Assembly: GCA_045605345.1 (NCBI GenBank)
Contig: JAZUPT010000009.1
Span: 5,553-69,552, forward strand
Length of the DNA: 64,000 nucleotides
DNA from: Candidatus Spyradenecus sp.
GTDB lineage: Bacteria > Verrucomicrobiota > Kiritimatiellia > RFP12 > DVOR01
Direction of reading: 5' to 3'
Shown: positions 1-9,904 of the stretch, in pieces
Layout of the letters: each line of letters opens with the position of its first letter
How positions within the stretch are numbered: the first letter of the stretch is position 1
Position numbers and translations under genes: made by a program
The notes under the pieces: model-generated
Database searches by the model: none
Told to the model about the DNA's origin: nothing
The model's input: only the letters and a program-made list of their open reading frames with translations

Positions 1-2
1 CG

Positions 3-656
3 CCGCCTGAGCCCCCTGAAGTCATCGCACTTAAGGGCCCAGATGGCATTTGGAGAGCGCGCTGCAACGAAGAAGATTTGCCCCTTTTTCGGATGGATGA
101 AGCAGCACTTGAGGCAGCCAAAACACACGCCCATCAGAAAGAAGATCGCGCCCTCATCTCCGAGTGGGAAGCACAAGCACGCCTTTGGACCGAGGCCTAC
201 AAAGAGCGTAATGAGACCCTGCGACGCGTGGCGCAATTAGTCTTTGATCGGCAGACCGACTTTTTGGATAGTGGTGGCGACCCCGCCACCCTAAAACCCC
301 TCCTGCAGCGCGACATCGCAGAGGCGATTGGTTACGACGAAAGCACCATCTCCCGCGCCGTAAAAGAGAAGGTTGTGCGCGTGGCAAACGCCCACAAACT
401 CCTTCCGCTAAAGGCATTTTTCACCCATGCTCTCCCCGCCTCTGCCGATGGTTCGGCGACTGCGGTCTCAGAGCAACAGGCTAAATCCGCGCTCAAGGCA
501 TTGATTGATGCCGAAGATCGCACCCACCCCCTCTCCGACCAAGCACTCATGGAAGCATTGGCCGCGCAACACATCCCCTTGGCACGGCGTACTGTCGCCA
601 AATATCGTGAACAACTCGGCATTCCCTCAACGCGAGAACGCCGTCAGAAACTGTGA
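3..656 (+). CDS. rpoN: RNA polymerase sigma-54 factor, C-terminal part (5' end outside window)
   Basis: Frame open from window start; LKPLLQRDIAEAIGYDESTISRAV helix-turn-helix and RpoN box ARRTVAKYREQLGIPS. Confidence 0.95.
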   Translation, partial: PPEPPEVIALKGPDGIWRARCNEEDLPLFRMDEAALEAAKTHAHQKEDRALISEWEAQARLWTEAYKERNETLRRVAQLVFDRQTDFLDSGGDPATLKPLLQRDIAEAIGYDESTISRAVKEKVVRVANAHKLLPLKAFFTHALPASADGSATAVSEQQAKSALKALIDAEDRTHPLSDQALMEALAAQHIPLARRTVAKYREQLGIPSTRERRQKL

Positions 657-663
657 GGTCAAC

Positions 664-1566
664 ATGGACAAACCGATCGTTCTTGTTTGGTTAACCCTAC
701 GTGGCGTGGCTGAATTCACCGCCACCGCAGAACAAGTTGCGCGCTGGCAAGCACGTCTGCCCGAATTGGAATTTCTTCACGTCACCACGCAAGAAGACTT
801 CATTAAAAACCTTTCACGTGCAACCTATGTGATGACTTACCACTTCTGCGATGCGTGGTTGCAACTCACCTATCGCGCCAAGTGGATCTCCACCCCTGCG
901 GCGGGGCGTGAACTTTTGGGTGAAAACTTTCCCGAACGCCTCAAAGTCACCTTCGGCACCTTCCATGGCGCGATTATGGCAGAGTCCGCAGTAGGAATGT
1001 TACTCGCTGTTCGCCGCGGACTCTTGCCGGGCGTAGGGCTCTGCACTGAATTAACCCCGTGGCCCGAACACCAGGTGGGCCGTCGCATCATCGCTGGGAG
1101 TAAAGCAGTCATTTTGGGTTATGGCAATATCGGCAAGGCCATTGATAGCAAACTCACGGCGCTTGGCGTGCAGTGCATTGGCGTCAATCGTAAGAACTTG
1201 GCCAACCTCAAGGACTATCTGAAGGACGCTGATGCCCTCTTCTTAGCCCTCCCTGGCACCCCCGAAACGACCAACCTCATTAATGCCGAAGCACTCGCCT
1301 GTTTGCCGCCCCATGCCGTTGTGATCAACGTCGGTCGTGGCAACGCAATCAACGAACGCGCCCTTGCCGAAGCACTCGTCGCCCATCGCCTCTATGCCGC
1401 CTTCTTAGATGTGCTCCCCGAAGAACCCTATCCCGTGGATGGCCTCCTGCGTAAGACACCGCATTGTTACCTGATGCCGCACGCATCAGCCTTCGCGCCA
1501 GAGTATTTAGACATGGCCTTTGAAGAGTGGATCTCAATCTATCGCGACTGCTTCGCCACCAAGTAA
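664..1566 (+). CDS. D-isomer-specific 2-hydroxyacid dehydrogenase family protein
   Basis: ILGYGNIG Rossmann motif, INVGRG, LDV..EEP, PH motifs; ATG 664 after GAGG. Confidence 0.88.
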   Translation: MDKPIVLVWLTLRGVAEFTATAEQVARWQARLPELEFLHVTTQEDFIKNLSRATYVMTYHFCDAWLQLTYRAKWISTPAAGRELLGENFPERLKVTFGTFHGAIMAESAVGMLLAVRRGLLPGVGLCTELTPWPEHQVGRRIIAGSKAVILGYGNIGKAIDSKLTALGVQCIGVNRKNLANLKDYLKDADALFLALPGTPETTNLINAEALACLPPHAVVINVGRGNAINERALAEALVAHRLYAAFLDVLPEEPYPVDGLLRKTPHCYLMPHASAFAPEYLDMAFEEWISIYRDCFATK

Positions 1567-1567
1567 C

Positions 1568-2371
1568 ATGCCCATTAGCCTGATCAAAACCGAAGCCATC
1601 TGCCTCAATGTGCGTCCCTTCTCCAAGACCTCGCACATGGTTACATGGCTCACGCGCTCAGATGGATGTCTCACGACCCCCGTCAAGGGCGCACAACGCC
1701 CCAAAAGTGCGTTTCTCGGTAAATATGACATCGGCTACACCTGCGAACTCATCTTTTACGCACGGGGGCGCAATGGCGTGCACCACATCCGTGAGTGTTC
1801 GCCCCTCCACTTTAGAGAAGCCCTTCGCTTCAAGTGGCATCGCGCCTGCGCCGCAGGATATGCCTGCGACCTCACCCTGCGCACCGCACACGGCGAGCAG
1901 GCGAATGAAGCGCTCTATATCACCCTCTCCACCCTTTTAGAAACCCTCCAACACTGCGAACGGCACGAGGCGGCATTGGCGCTCCTTTGGTATGAGTGCA
2001 CACTCTTACACCTCCTCGGGGTGGCACCAGATTTCACCCCCTGCCCACACTGCCCCTCAAGCGACTTCCTCACCTTCTCAATGGAAGAAGGGCGCGCCTT
2101 CTGCGAACACCATCCGTCACGCTTGCATCGGCCCCCTGCGATGTCCCTCCACGCCGACATGCGCGCACTCTTCGCCACATTCATCCAAACACCCCTACCA
2201 GAAATTCTCCAAACCGCACGCGAGACAGGACGCACCGACGACCTGGGCCGCCCCGAACCCTTTTCGGGCATGTTTGGCCTTCGACGCTTCCTCGGCGTCT
2301 TCATGACCGAACACCTTGACCTTCTGCCCGGCGCCAGACGCACCATCCTTGATATTCTTATCGGTGGTTAA
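1568..2371 (+). CDS. recO: DNA repair protein RecO
   Basis: IKTEAICL..PFSKTS..VTWLT..G..KGAQRPKS N-terminal OB fold; CxxC...C-x-H zinc region in the C-terminal domain. Confidence 0.88.
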   Translation: MPISLIKTEAICLNVRPFSKTSHMVTWLTRSDGCLTTPVKGAQRPKSAFLGKYDIGYTCELIFYARGRNGVHHIRECSPLHFREALRFKWHRACAAGYACDLTLRTAHGEQANEALYITLSTLLETLQHCERHEAALALLWYECTLLHLLGVAPDFTPCPHCPSSDFLTFSMEEGRAFCEHHPSRLHRPPAMSLHADMRALFATFIQTPLPEILQTARETGRTDDLGRPEPFSGMFGLRRFLGVFMTEHLDLLPGARRTILDILIGG

Positions 2372-2495
2372 TGCGGACCTCTGCTCCTTCCCCACAATTC
2401 AAGCAGGTAAAGCCTCACTTAAGCGCATTGTCCCCACCCCCAAGCCTCCAATGGAGCGAATCTCAACTTTTTCTATCATTTTTGAAAAAAAAGGC

Positions 2496-2524
2496 TTGCC
2501 ATTCATAACGTAATATGGCATAAT
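2496..2524 (+). promoter_or_regulatory. sigma70-type promoter of tRNA-Ser
   Basis: TTGCCA-17bp-CATAAT with extended TG, 16 nt upstream of the tRNA. Confidence 0.7.
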
Positions 2525-2540
2525 ATGCGCCACATTTTCA

Positions 2541-2631
2541 GGAGAGGTGGCCGAGTGGTCGAAGGCGCAAGACTGGAAATCTTGTGTACTCCTCGTGGGT
2601 ACCGAGGGTTCAAATCCCTCCCTCTCCGCCA
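2541..2631 (+). tRNA. tRNA-Ser (anticodon GGA)
   Basis: GGAGAGG/CCTCTCC acceptor stem, anticodon arm CAAGA-CT-GGA-AA-TCTTG, long variable arm, GGTTCAAATCC T-arm, encoded CCA. Confidence 0.97.
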
Positions 2632-2942
2632 GTTTTTGAAGGCAAAATCAATTCCGAGAAGTTTTACACTTCCCGGTTTTTTTGTTTTTATACACCTTAA
2701 TTAAAATTATACGCGCGCGAAGGTGGCCGCATTCAATCGTGAAGCAAAGCAACGAATTCCCACACCCAAACACCTTGGCAAGTGCTTAACGCCAAACGTA
2801 CCGAGCCAACAGCTCAAACGATGCGCTAAACAAGCCCCGCAAGCGCAATCAAAACTGAAGACAATTTACGAAAATGATTTTCTAAAATGTGGTTTTGTGT
2901 TACACTAAAAGTTATCGTCGTTTCATACAAGAAGGACCAATT

Positions 2943-4706
2943 ATGTTGAACATTCGTTGGAAACGTATCGGTAAAAACATCTCAGACCGTTTTCGCCCTG
3001 AGGTGCTTCAATGCTTCAAAGAAGGTTATAACCTAAAAACCTTTATGGCTGACGCAGTAGCAGGGTTAATCGTTGCTGCGGTCGCACTCCCACTCGCCAT
3101 CGCCTTTTCCATTGCTGCAGGCCTGCCCCCACAGGCGGGTTTAATCACTGCCGTGATTGCGGGTTTTGCGATTTCGGCCTTTGGTGGGTGTCGCGTACAA
3201 ATCGGTGGACCTACGGGTGCATTCATTGTCATCATCTATGGCATCTACGCACAGTTTGGCATGTCAGGATTAGCAATTGCCACCATTATGGCGGGTGCAA
3301 TCCTAATTATCTTGGGCTTTTGTGGCTTAGGATCCATCATTAAATACATTCCCTATCCCGTGACGGTGGGCTTTACCTCAGGCATCGCACTCATCATCTT
3401 CGCGGGGCAAATTGAAGCCCTGCTCGGACTTAACTGCACCCACGCCTTGGCAACGATCGGAATAGAAAAGATGCCCGGCGACTTCGTGGGAAAGCTCAAC
3501 GTCTACGCCCATGCGTTAAACACCGTCAATTGGGGCGCCGTGGTCATTTCGGCCATTACGATTCTCATTTGCATCTATTGGAAGCGCGTCACCCAAAAGG
3601 TGCCAGGCTCAATTGTTGCCATCGTGATTACCACCATCGTGGCGATTGTCTTTGAATCCTTTGGGATTGAAGTAGCGACCATCGGTAGCAAGTTCCCCGC
3701 CGTGGCCCAAGGTATGAGCTTAAGCCTTCCGCAATTCCCCACCATTGAGTGGAGCGCCATTCGCGAATTGGTCTCGCCCGCAATTTCAATTGCACTGCTC
3801 GCAGGCATTGAATCACTCCTCTCGGCTGTTGTGGCAGATGGTATGATTGGTCGCCGTCATAATTCCAATACCGAACTCATCGGTGAAGGTATCGCCAATA
3901 TCCTCTCGCCCCTCTTCGGCGGCATTCCCGCCACAGGTGCAATTGCCCGTACGGCAACCAACATCAAGAATGGTGGTAAGACACCTGTTGCAGGCATCTT
4001 GCACGCCGTCTTCCTCCTGCTCATCATGCTCTTCCTGGGCCGTTATGCCGCCCTCATCCCAATGGCAACCCTCGGTGGCGTAGTGGCAATCGTCGCCTAC
4101 AACATGAGCGAACTGCATTTGGTGAAGGGGTTATTCAAGAGCACCCGTTCAGATGTGCTGGTGATGCTCACCAGCTTCCTGCTCACCGTCTTCATTGATT
4201 TGACGGTCGCCATTCAAGCGGGCGTCCTTTTGGCAGCCTTCCTCTTCATTCGCCGTATGAGCGAATCCACCGAAGCACGCAACATCACCCGCCTCTTAGC
4301 AGGTGCCCCTCAAACGCCACGTGCAGATGACTTAGGCCAACCCGGCACCGAAGTCCCCGAAGGGGTGGAAGTCTTTGAAATCTATGGCGCACTCTTCTTC
4401 GGCGCAGCGGATAAGTTCAAAGACACCCTTCTCTCCAATCGTCGTAATCGCCCCAAAGTGCTCGTCTTGCGTATGCGTCACGTCTTAGTCTTAGATGCGA
4501 CAGCGCTTCACTCATTGGAAGAGGTTTACACCCACACGGCGGCACGCGGAATCACCCTAATTCTCTCCGGCGTGACGGCGCAACCGCTCATGTTGATGGT
4601 GCGCTCGGGCTTCTTAGATCGCATCGGTCAGCCCAACGTCCACGGGCACATCGTGGATGCCTTGGGGCGAGCCCGCGAAATTTTGGCAGAGAAGGCGGCA
4701 GAATAA
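2943..4706 (+). CDS. SulP/SLC26 anion transporter with C-terminal STAS domain
   Basis: AVALPLAIAFSIAAG, QIGGPTGAF, GGIPATGAIARTA motifs; STAS GALFFGAA...LDATA. Confidence 0.95.
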   Translation: MLNIRWKRIGKNISDRFRPEVLQCFKEGYNLKTFMADAVAGLIVAAVALPLAIAFSIAAGLPPQAGLITAVIAGFAISAFGGCRVQIGGPTGAFIVIIYGIYAQFGMSGLAIATIMAGAILIILGFCGLGSIIKYIPYPVTVGFTSGIALIIFAGQIEALLGLNCTHALATIGIEKMPGDFVGKLNVYAHALNTVNWGAVVISAITILICIYWKRVTQKVPGSIVAIVITTIVAIVFESFGIEVATIGSKFPAVAQGMSLSLPQFPTIEWSAIRELVSPAISIALLAGIESLLSAVVADGMIGRRHNSNTELIGEGIANILSPLFGGIPATGAIARTATNIKNGGKTPVAGILHAVFLLLIMLFLGRYAALIPMATLGGVVAIVAYNMSELHLVKGLFKSTRSDVLVMLTSFLLTVFIDLTVAIQAGVLLAAFLFIRRMSESTEARNITRLLAGAPQTPRADDLGQPGTEVPEGVEVFEIYGALFFGAADKFKDTLLSNRRNRPKVLVLRMRHVLVLDATALHSLEEVYTHTAARGITLILSGVTAQPLMLMVRSGFLDRIGQPNVHGHIVDALGRAREILAEKAAE

Positions 4707-4730
4707 TTCTCCCTCCTCGCTCACTGTACG

Positions 4731-4767
4731 AACGGATATCTCGGCCCGAGATATCCGTTTCTTTTTT
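4731..4767 (+). terminator. intrinsic terminator after sulP
   Basis: Long perfect inverted repeat AACGGATATCTCGG/CCGAGATATCCGTT followed by T tract. Confidence 0.85.
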
Positions 4768-4844
4768 GTATCCACCTAAATGAAATTGCAAGAAGAAGGG
4801 CCTCCACGAGTGCATCTACCAGAAAAGCATGGTATAATTTCACT

Positions 4845-5846
4845 ATGAATACGTTTCCTGACCTTCGACTGAGTCGTTTACGGCGAACCGCCGGCATCCG
4901 CGCAATGTTTGACCTTGAAATTCCCGCACCCGCAAAATGGTGTTGGCCCACCTTTGTAGTGCCCGGCAAGGGAATCAAGGAAGAAATTGCCTCCATGCCA
5001 GGGCAATATCGTTACTCGCCAGATACACTCGTCAGTGCAGTTGAAAAGGTCGTGCAACAAGGCGTGGGGTCGGTCCTCCTCTTTGGTCAAACCGATGGCG
5101 TAAAAGATAATGGCGGCTCACAGGCATGGCATGACCATGGCGCGGTGCAACAAGCCGTTCGCCTTCTCAAAAGTGCCTTCCCCCACCTAACCGTCATGAC
5201 CGACGTCTGCCTCTGTGCGTACACCGACCACGGACACTGTGCGCCGTTACGTCCAGATGGCTCGCTTGACAACGATGCAGCCTGCGAATGCCTCGCAAAG
5301 GTGGCCCTCTCCCACGCAGCGGCAGGCGCAGATGTGGTGGCCCCCTCTGCCATGATGGATGGACAAATCGCCGCCATCCGTGCCGCCTTAACGGAAAACG
5401 ATTTCAATCAAACACTCCTCATGGCCTACTCCACCAAGTTTGCCTCTGCTTGTTACGGGCCCTTCCGCGACGCAGAAGGCAGCGCACCGCAACTGCGCCC
5501 TGGCATGCCCGCTGACCGAAAAGGTTATCAAGCCTCCTATGCCAACCCCCGAAATGCCCTCATGGAGTCGGTCTTAGACGAAGCAGAAGGCGCTGACATC
5601 TTGATGGTTAAGCCCGCCCTCTTCTACCTTGATATGATTCGTGCGGTGCGCGAACAAACCCTTCTGCCGGTGGCCGCCTACAACGTTAGTGGCGAGTATT
5701 CGATGCTCATCGCAACTGCCCGCCAAGGATGGGGCGACTTAGATGAACTCGTGCGCGAAAGCACCATGGGCATTGTGCGGGCGGGTGCCGACCTCATCAT
5801 CTCCTATTGGGCCTCGGAATACGAACGTTTCTTCGGCAAACGCTAA
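4845..5846 (+). CDS. hemB: porphobilinogen synthase
   Basis: DVCLCAYTDHGHC zinc site, PSAMMDG, KFAS..YGPFRDA, LMVKP, AYNVSGEYSM. Confidence 0.97.
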   Translation: MNTFPDLRLSRLRRTAGIRAMFDLEIPAPAKWCWPTFVVPGKGIKEEIASMPGQYRYSPDTLVSAVEKVVQQGVGSVLLFGQTDGVKDNGGSQAWHDHGAVQQAVRLLKSAFPHLTVMTDVCLCAYTDHGHCAPLRPDGSLDNDAACECLAKVALSHAAAGADVVAPSAMMDGQIAAIRAALTENDFNQTLLMAYSTKFASACYGPFRDAEGSAPQLRPGMPADRKGYQASYANPRNALMESVLDEAEGADILMVKPALFYLDMIRAVREQTLLPVAAYNVSGEYSMLIATARQGWGDLDELVRESTMGIVRAGADLIISYWASEYERFFGKR

Positions 5847-6061
5847 TTCATTCTAAGGTGTACATTATTGCTACGACCGCGACGATTTTCTTAATGAATC
5901 CGCGGTCTTCTTTTTTACCTCTCCTAAAGATAAGATTACGGCACCGCGGCGAGGCTCAGAAGAAAGCGGAGCGCTTCAATGGCGAACGGGTAGAAAAGTT
6001 CACATTTCGTTTATTTTTTATCATTTTTCATCATTTTTCTTTCATTTTTTCAATAAATTCA

Positions 6062-6090
6062 TTGTAAAAGTGTCTATTTTTTACTACAAT
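6062..6090 (+). promoter_or_regulatory. sigma70-type promoter of the isomerase-dhaKL-lsrF operon
   Basis: TTGTAA-17bp-TACAAT in an AT-rich region. Confidence 0.7.
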
Positions 6091-6110
6091 TTAGAGTGTT
6101 GGTTTTCGTT

Positions 6111-6130
6111 CTGACGTTTTGCAATGTCAG
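6111..6130. promoter_or_regulatory. putative repressor operator (palindrome)
   Basis: CTGACGTT-TTGC-AATGTCAG, 8-bp arms with one mismatch, just downstream of the -10 box. Confidence 0.5.
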
Positions 6131-6159
6131 TCATTTTAATTGAAAGGACTAAGAAAACA

Positions 6160-6882
6160 ATGGATACGGTAAAAATGATGCGTTTCGGCGCTCTGGCAGC
6201 TCTCGCTGCGACGTTTATGGGATTTTCTGCAGGTTGCTGCGGTACGGCAACTTGCCCAACTGCTAATGCAAAGGAGATTGTTCAAGTGACTAATGATGCT
6301 TTTTACACCGATGGTAAGTTTGACGCTGAAAAGGGCAAGCAGGCTTATATCGATTTGATGAAGAAACTCGGCGCACCCGTTTATGCTCGTTACACCGATG
6401 AACCCGGCTTCCTCTGGGCTGTTGACTTCGCACAGGGCGACTTCGCAGCATTCGGTATGGGTGGCGTTTTCTGGGAAAACAACCGCGAGAAGGAATATTT
6501 CGCACACGAAATCTTCTTGCTCCCCGGCCAGTCGATTGCTGAACACTGCCACAAGCCTACGACCGATGACAAGGGTCCCCTGCAGTGCAAGCACGAAGCT
6601 TGGCAGGTGCGTTATGGTTCTGTCTATGGCTTCAGCGAAGTGGGCGAACCCAACCTCGATCAGTATCCTGAAGTGAAGGCAATGCTCGCCAAGTGCCAGG
6701 CTCCGCACATGAACAGCGTCCACGTGGAAAAGTGGGAAGCTGATGGCAAGGTACATCGTCTGCCGAAGGATGAAACTTGGCACTTCATGATGGGCGGTCC
6801 GGAAGGCGCAGTCGTCTCCGAATATGCTACCTATCACGATGGCAACGGCCTCCGTTTCAGCTGCCCGAACGTGGCATTCTAA
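6160..6882 (+). CDS. D-lyxose/D-mannose isomerase-like cupin with lipoprotein-type signal peptide
   Basis: WAVDFAQGDF, LLPGQSIAEHCH, KHEAW, H..GGPEGAVVSEYATYHD cupin motifs; hydrophobic N-terminus ending S-A-G-C; RBS AAGGA. Confidence 0.75.
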   Translation: MDTVKMMRFGALAALAATFMGFSAGCCGTATCPTANAKEIVQVTNDAFYTDGKFDAEKGKQAYIDLMKKLGAPVYARYTDEPGFLWAVDFAQGDFAAFGMGGVFWENNREKEYFAHEIFLLPGQSIAEHCHKPTTDDKGPLQCKHEAWQVRYGSVYGFSEVGEPNLDQYPEVKAMLAKCQAPHMNSVHVEKWEADGKVHRLPKDETWHFMMGGPEGAVVSEYATYHDGNGLRFSCPNVAF

Positions 6883-6890
6883 TTTCAACC

Positions 6891-6921
6891 CCTTAGAGCC
6901 GGTGCAATTCCGGCTCTAAGG
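6891..6921 (+). other. intercistronic stem-loop (mRNA stabiliser or partial terminator)
   Basis: Perfect 12-bp stem CCTTAGAGCCGG/CCGGCTCTAAGG followed by a pyrimidine tract. Confidence 0.6.
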
Positions 6922-6960
6922 CGTCTCTTTCTCTTTCTACTAACACTAAGGAGTTAAACA

Positions 6961-7269
6961 ATGAAGTACATGCACACCGGCATGCTCGTCGGCGAAAAGA
7001 TGCCCGACATGGTTTATGTGGAACCCTTGAAGGTTTGGATCACCGACGCTTCCAAGGATAAGTACGCAATCGAATTCCTTTATTTTGAACCCGATTCTCC
7101 GATGGCTGCCGCAATCCAGGAACAGCCCCACGTCGCTTACGAAGTGGAAGATATCGACGCCGCACTCGAAGGCAAGGCCATCCTCTGGAACAAGATGGAC
7201 ATCGGCAATGCCTACATCGCATTTGTCTATGACAATAGCACGGTTGTTGAATTCTACCAGAGCAAGTAA
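6961..7269 (+). CDS. small VOC/glyoxalase-like protein
   Basis: MKYMHTG...IEFL...PHVAYEVEDIDAAL...VEF pattern; RBS AAGGAG. Confidence 0.75.
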   Translation: MKYMHTGMLVGEKMPDMVYVEPLKVWITDASKDKYAIEFLYFEPDSPMAAAIQEQPHVAYEVEDIDAALEGKAILWNKMDIGNAYIAFVYDNSTVVEFYQSK

Positions 7270-7304
7270 TTCGCTTTCACCCTCTAACTAAAGGAGCATT
7301 AATC

Positions 7305-8312
7305 ATGCCGATGAAGAAATTTATGAATGACCCCGCGAACCTCACCGCAGAAATGTTGGAAGGTCTCGCACTCGCCTACTCTGACAAGGTGAAAATCGTC
7401 AACGAACGCATCGTCGTGCGTACCCTGCCAAAGGCTGAAGACAAGGTCGCTTTGATCTGCTTCGGCGGCACTGGTCACGAACCCGCCATGCACGGATTCG
7501 TCGGTGAAGGTATGGCTGACGCAGCAGTGGCTGGCGATGTCTTCGCCGCTCCTGGCGGCCCCAAGGTTTTTGAAGCCATTGATATGTTCAAGCGTCCCGC
7601 TGGCGTGATCTTGCTCACGCTCAACCACAATGGTGACCGCATGGCTGCTCGCAAGGCCCTCCGCCTCGCTGAAAAGGCTGGCATCGAAAACATCAAGGAA
7701 ATCATCGTTCAGGAAGACATCGCTCCTGGCATCGATGCCGATCCGGAAGATCGTCGCGGTCTCGGCGGTTGCATCCCCTTGATGAAGGTCATGGGCGCCG
7801 CTTGCGAAGCAGGTAAGACGATTGACGAAGTGCTCGCTATCGGCGAAGCTTTCCACGCTCAACTCGCAACCCTCTCCGTGGCCCTCAAGGTGGCCACCCA
7901 CCCGCAGAACGGCGCTGAAATCGGCGCTCTCGCTGATGACGAAATGGAAATCGGCATGGGCCAGCATGGTGAAGGTGGCGGCGGCGTGATGAAGATTCAG
8001 ACCGCTGACGAAACCGCTAAGATCATGGTGGAACGCCTCGTGGCCGCAACGAAGCTTCAGTCTGGCGACCGCGCCCTCCTCATCATCAATGGTTCTGGTG
8101 CGACCACCGCGATGGAAATGCTCATCTGCTATCGTGCAGCCGCTAAGGTCCTCATGGGCATGGGCATCTCGCTCGTGAATGGTTTGGCCACCGAACTCCT
8201 CACCGTGCAGGAAATGGCAGGCTTCCAGATGACCCTCGCTAAGGTCACCCCCGAAACCGACGCCCTGCTCAAGGCTAAGTCTAACGCACCCTACTGGGTT
8301 TGCAACGGTTAA
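7305..8312 (+). CDS. dhaK: dihydroxyacetone kinase family, substrate-binding subunit K
   Basis: GGTGHEPAMHGFVGEGM, GDVFAAP, RRGLGG, EIGMGQHGEGG motifs. Confidence 0.9.
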   Translation: MPMKKFMNDPANLTAEMLEGLALAYSDKVKIVNERIVVRTLPKAEDKVALICFGGTGHEPAMHGFVGEGMADAAVAGDVFAAPGGPKVFEAIDMFKRPAGVILLTLNHNGDRMAARKALRLAEKAGIENIKEIIVQEDIAPGIDADPEDRRGLGGCIPLMKVMGAACEAGKTIDEVLAIGEAFHAQLATLSVALKVATHPQNGAEIGALADDEMEIGMGQHGEGGGGVMKIQTADETAKIMVERLVAATKLQSGDRALLIINGSGATTAMEMLICYRAAAKVLMGMGISLVNGLATELLTVQEMAGFQMTLAKVTPETDALLKAKSNAPYWVCNG

Positions 8313-8371
8313 TTCTCGTGGGAGGCGCACTCGCGCCTCCCAATTCACCTTTTAACAGGACCCACTCAATC

Positions 8372-8971
8372 ATGACACTCGAACAATTCAAGACCATCTG
8401 GAAGAATGCCCAGATCGCTATCAACGAAAACGAAAAGCGTTTCTCTGAACTCGATGCCGCCACCGGCGGTGATGGTGACCACGGCACTGCAATCGTTGCT
8501 GCACTGAACGCAATCGTTCACGCAGAAGGCGATGACTTCAAGACCTACATCACCGACATGGCAGAAAAGTTGGAAACCGAAGCTTCTGGTTCCACCTCCT
8601 CGCTCTATGGCGCATGGTGCGAAGGTATGGCAGACGCAGTGGCCGCTGGCAAGACCGAACTCGACGCAGAAGAACTCGCAGAGATGTTCGAAGGCGGCTT
8701 CGACGAAATCTGCTGCGTGACCAAGGCTCGCAAGGGCGACAAGACCATGATGGACGCACTTCAGCCCGCCACCGAAGCCCTTCTCGCGGCTAAGGATCAG
8801 GGTGAAGCAGCGATGTTTGCTGCTGCTGCCGCCGCCGCTAAGGCTGGCTCTGAAGCTACCGCTCAGATGCAGGCTAAGTTCGGCCGTGCTCGCAACCTCG
8901 GCGAACGCTCCATCGGCGCAATCGACGCTGGTTCGGCTTCCATGGCTGTGATCTTCGCGGCTTTCGCCTAA
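8372..8971 (+). CDS. dhaL: dihydroxyacetone kinase family, nucleotide-binding subunit L
   Basis: ELDAATGGDGDHG, GDKTMMDAL, AKFGRARNLGERSIGAIDAG. Confidence 0.9.
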   Translation: MTLEQFKTIWKNAQIAINENEKRFSELDAATGGDGDHGTAIVAALNAIVHAEGDDFKTYITDMAEKLETEASGSTSSLYGAWCEGMADAVAAGKTELDAEELAEMFEGGFDEICCVTKARKGDKTMMDALQPATEALLAAKDQGEAAMFAAAAAAAKAGSEATAQMQAKFGRARNLGERSIGAIDAGSASMAVIFAAFA

Positions 8972-9012
8972 TTTAATCCTAACCTTTCATCTTAACAACA
9001 GGAGTTATTACC

Positions 9013-9885
9013 ATGGCAGATATGGATAATTTCAAAGAAGCCACCGCTTTCGGCGTGGGCACCCCTCAGAAGACCATCGGCTTCCCCCTCAAGGGTTGCT
9101 CCAATCTTGACTGGGGCATGAAGAACCGCCTCTCCCGCATCTTCAATCCCAAGGACGGCAAGTCCCTCATGCTCGCCTGTGACCACGGCTTCATCATGGG
9201 CCCCACCGGCGGCGTCGAACGTGTCGACCTCTCCATCGTCCCCTTGATGAAGTATGCTGACTGCTTGATGTGCACCCGCGGCATTCTCCGTTCCGTCATT
9301 CCTCCGACCAACACGATTCCCGTCTGCTTGCGTTCTGACGCTGGCTCCTCGATCCTCACCAACCTCAATGACAACGTGGTGATCGATCCTGAAGACGCCA
9401 TTCGTATGAACGTCTCTGCGATGGCCGTGATGGTGGCCGTGGGCGATGAACTCATGGAAGCCAAGACGATGGCTAACCTCTACCACACGGTGGATATCGG
9501 TCAGAAGTATGGCATCCCCGTCATGGGCGTGACCGCTGTGGGTAAGCAGATGGCTCGCGATGCTAAGTACTTCCGTTTGGCCACCCGTATGTGCGCAGAA
9601 AACGGTGCTAACATCGTGAAGTCTTACTACACCGAAGGCTTCGAAACCGTGACCGCATCCTGCCCCGTGCCGATCGTGATCGCTGGCGGTAAGAAGATCC
9701 CGGAACGCGACGCGCTCGAACTCGCCTACCGCGCAATGAACGAAGGCGCCGCAGGCGTGGATATGGGTCGTAACGTCTTCCAGTCCGAAAATCCTGCTGC
9801 AATGATCCGCGCCGTGGCTGCGGTCATTCACAAGAACATGAAGCCGGAAGAAGCTTATCAGATGTACCAGGACCTCTCCAAGTAA
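9013..9885 (+). CDS. lsrF: LsrF-like thiolase/class I aldolase
   Basis: DWGMKNRLSRIFNP, DHG, GANIVKSYY catalytic Lys, CPVPIVIAGGKK, GVDMGRNVFQ. Confidence 0.9.
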   Translation: MADMDNFKEATAFGVGTPQKTIGFPLKGCSNLDWGMKNRLSRIFNPKDGKSLMLACDHGFIMGPTGGVERVDLSIVPLMKYADCLMCTRGILRSVIPPTNTIPVCLRSDAGSSILTNLNDNVVIDPEDAIRMNVSAMAVMVAVGDELMEAKTMANLYHTVDIGQKYGIPVMGVTAVGKQMARDAKYFRLATRMCAENGANIVKSYYTEGFETVTASCPVPIVIAGGKKIPERDALELAYRAMNEGAAGVDMGRNVFQSENPAAMIRAVAAVIHKNMKPEEAYQMYQDLSK

Positions 9886-9904
9886 GTCCCCAAAGACATC
9901 TCTC

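Noticed and set aside
2541-2940. tRNA-Ser (and tRNA-Cys) as island integration sites
   Set aside because: No integrase, duplicated tRNA 3' end or foreign cargo is seen downstream.
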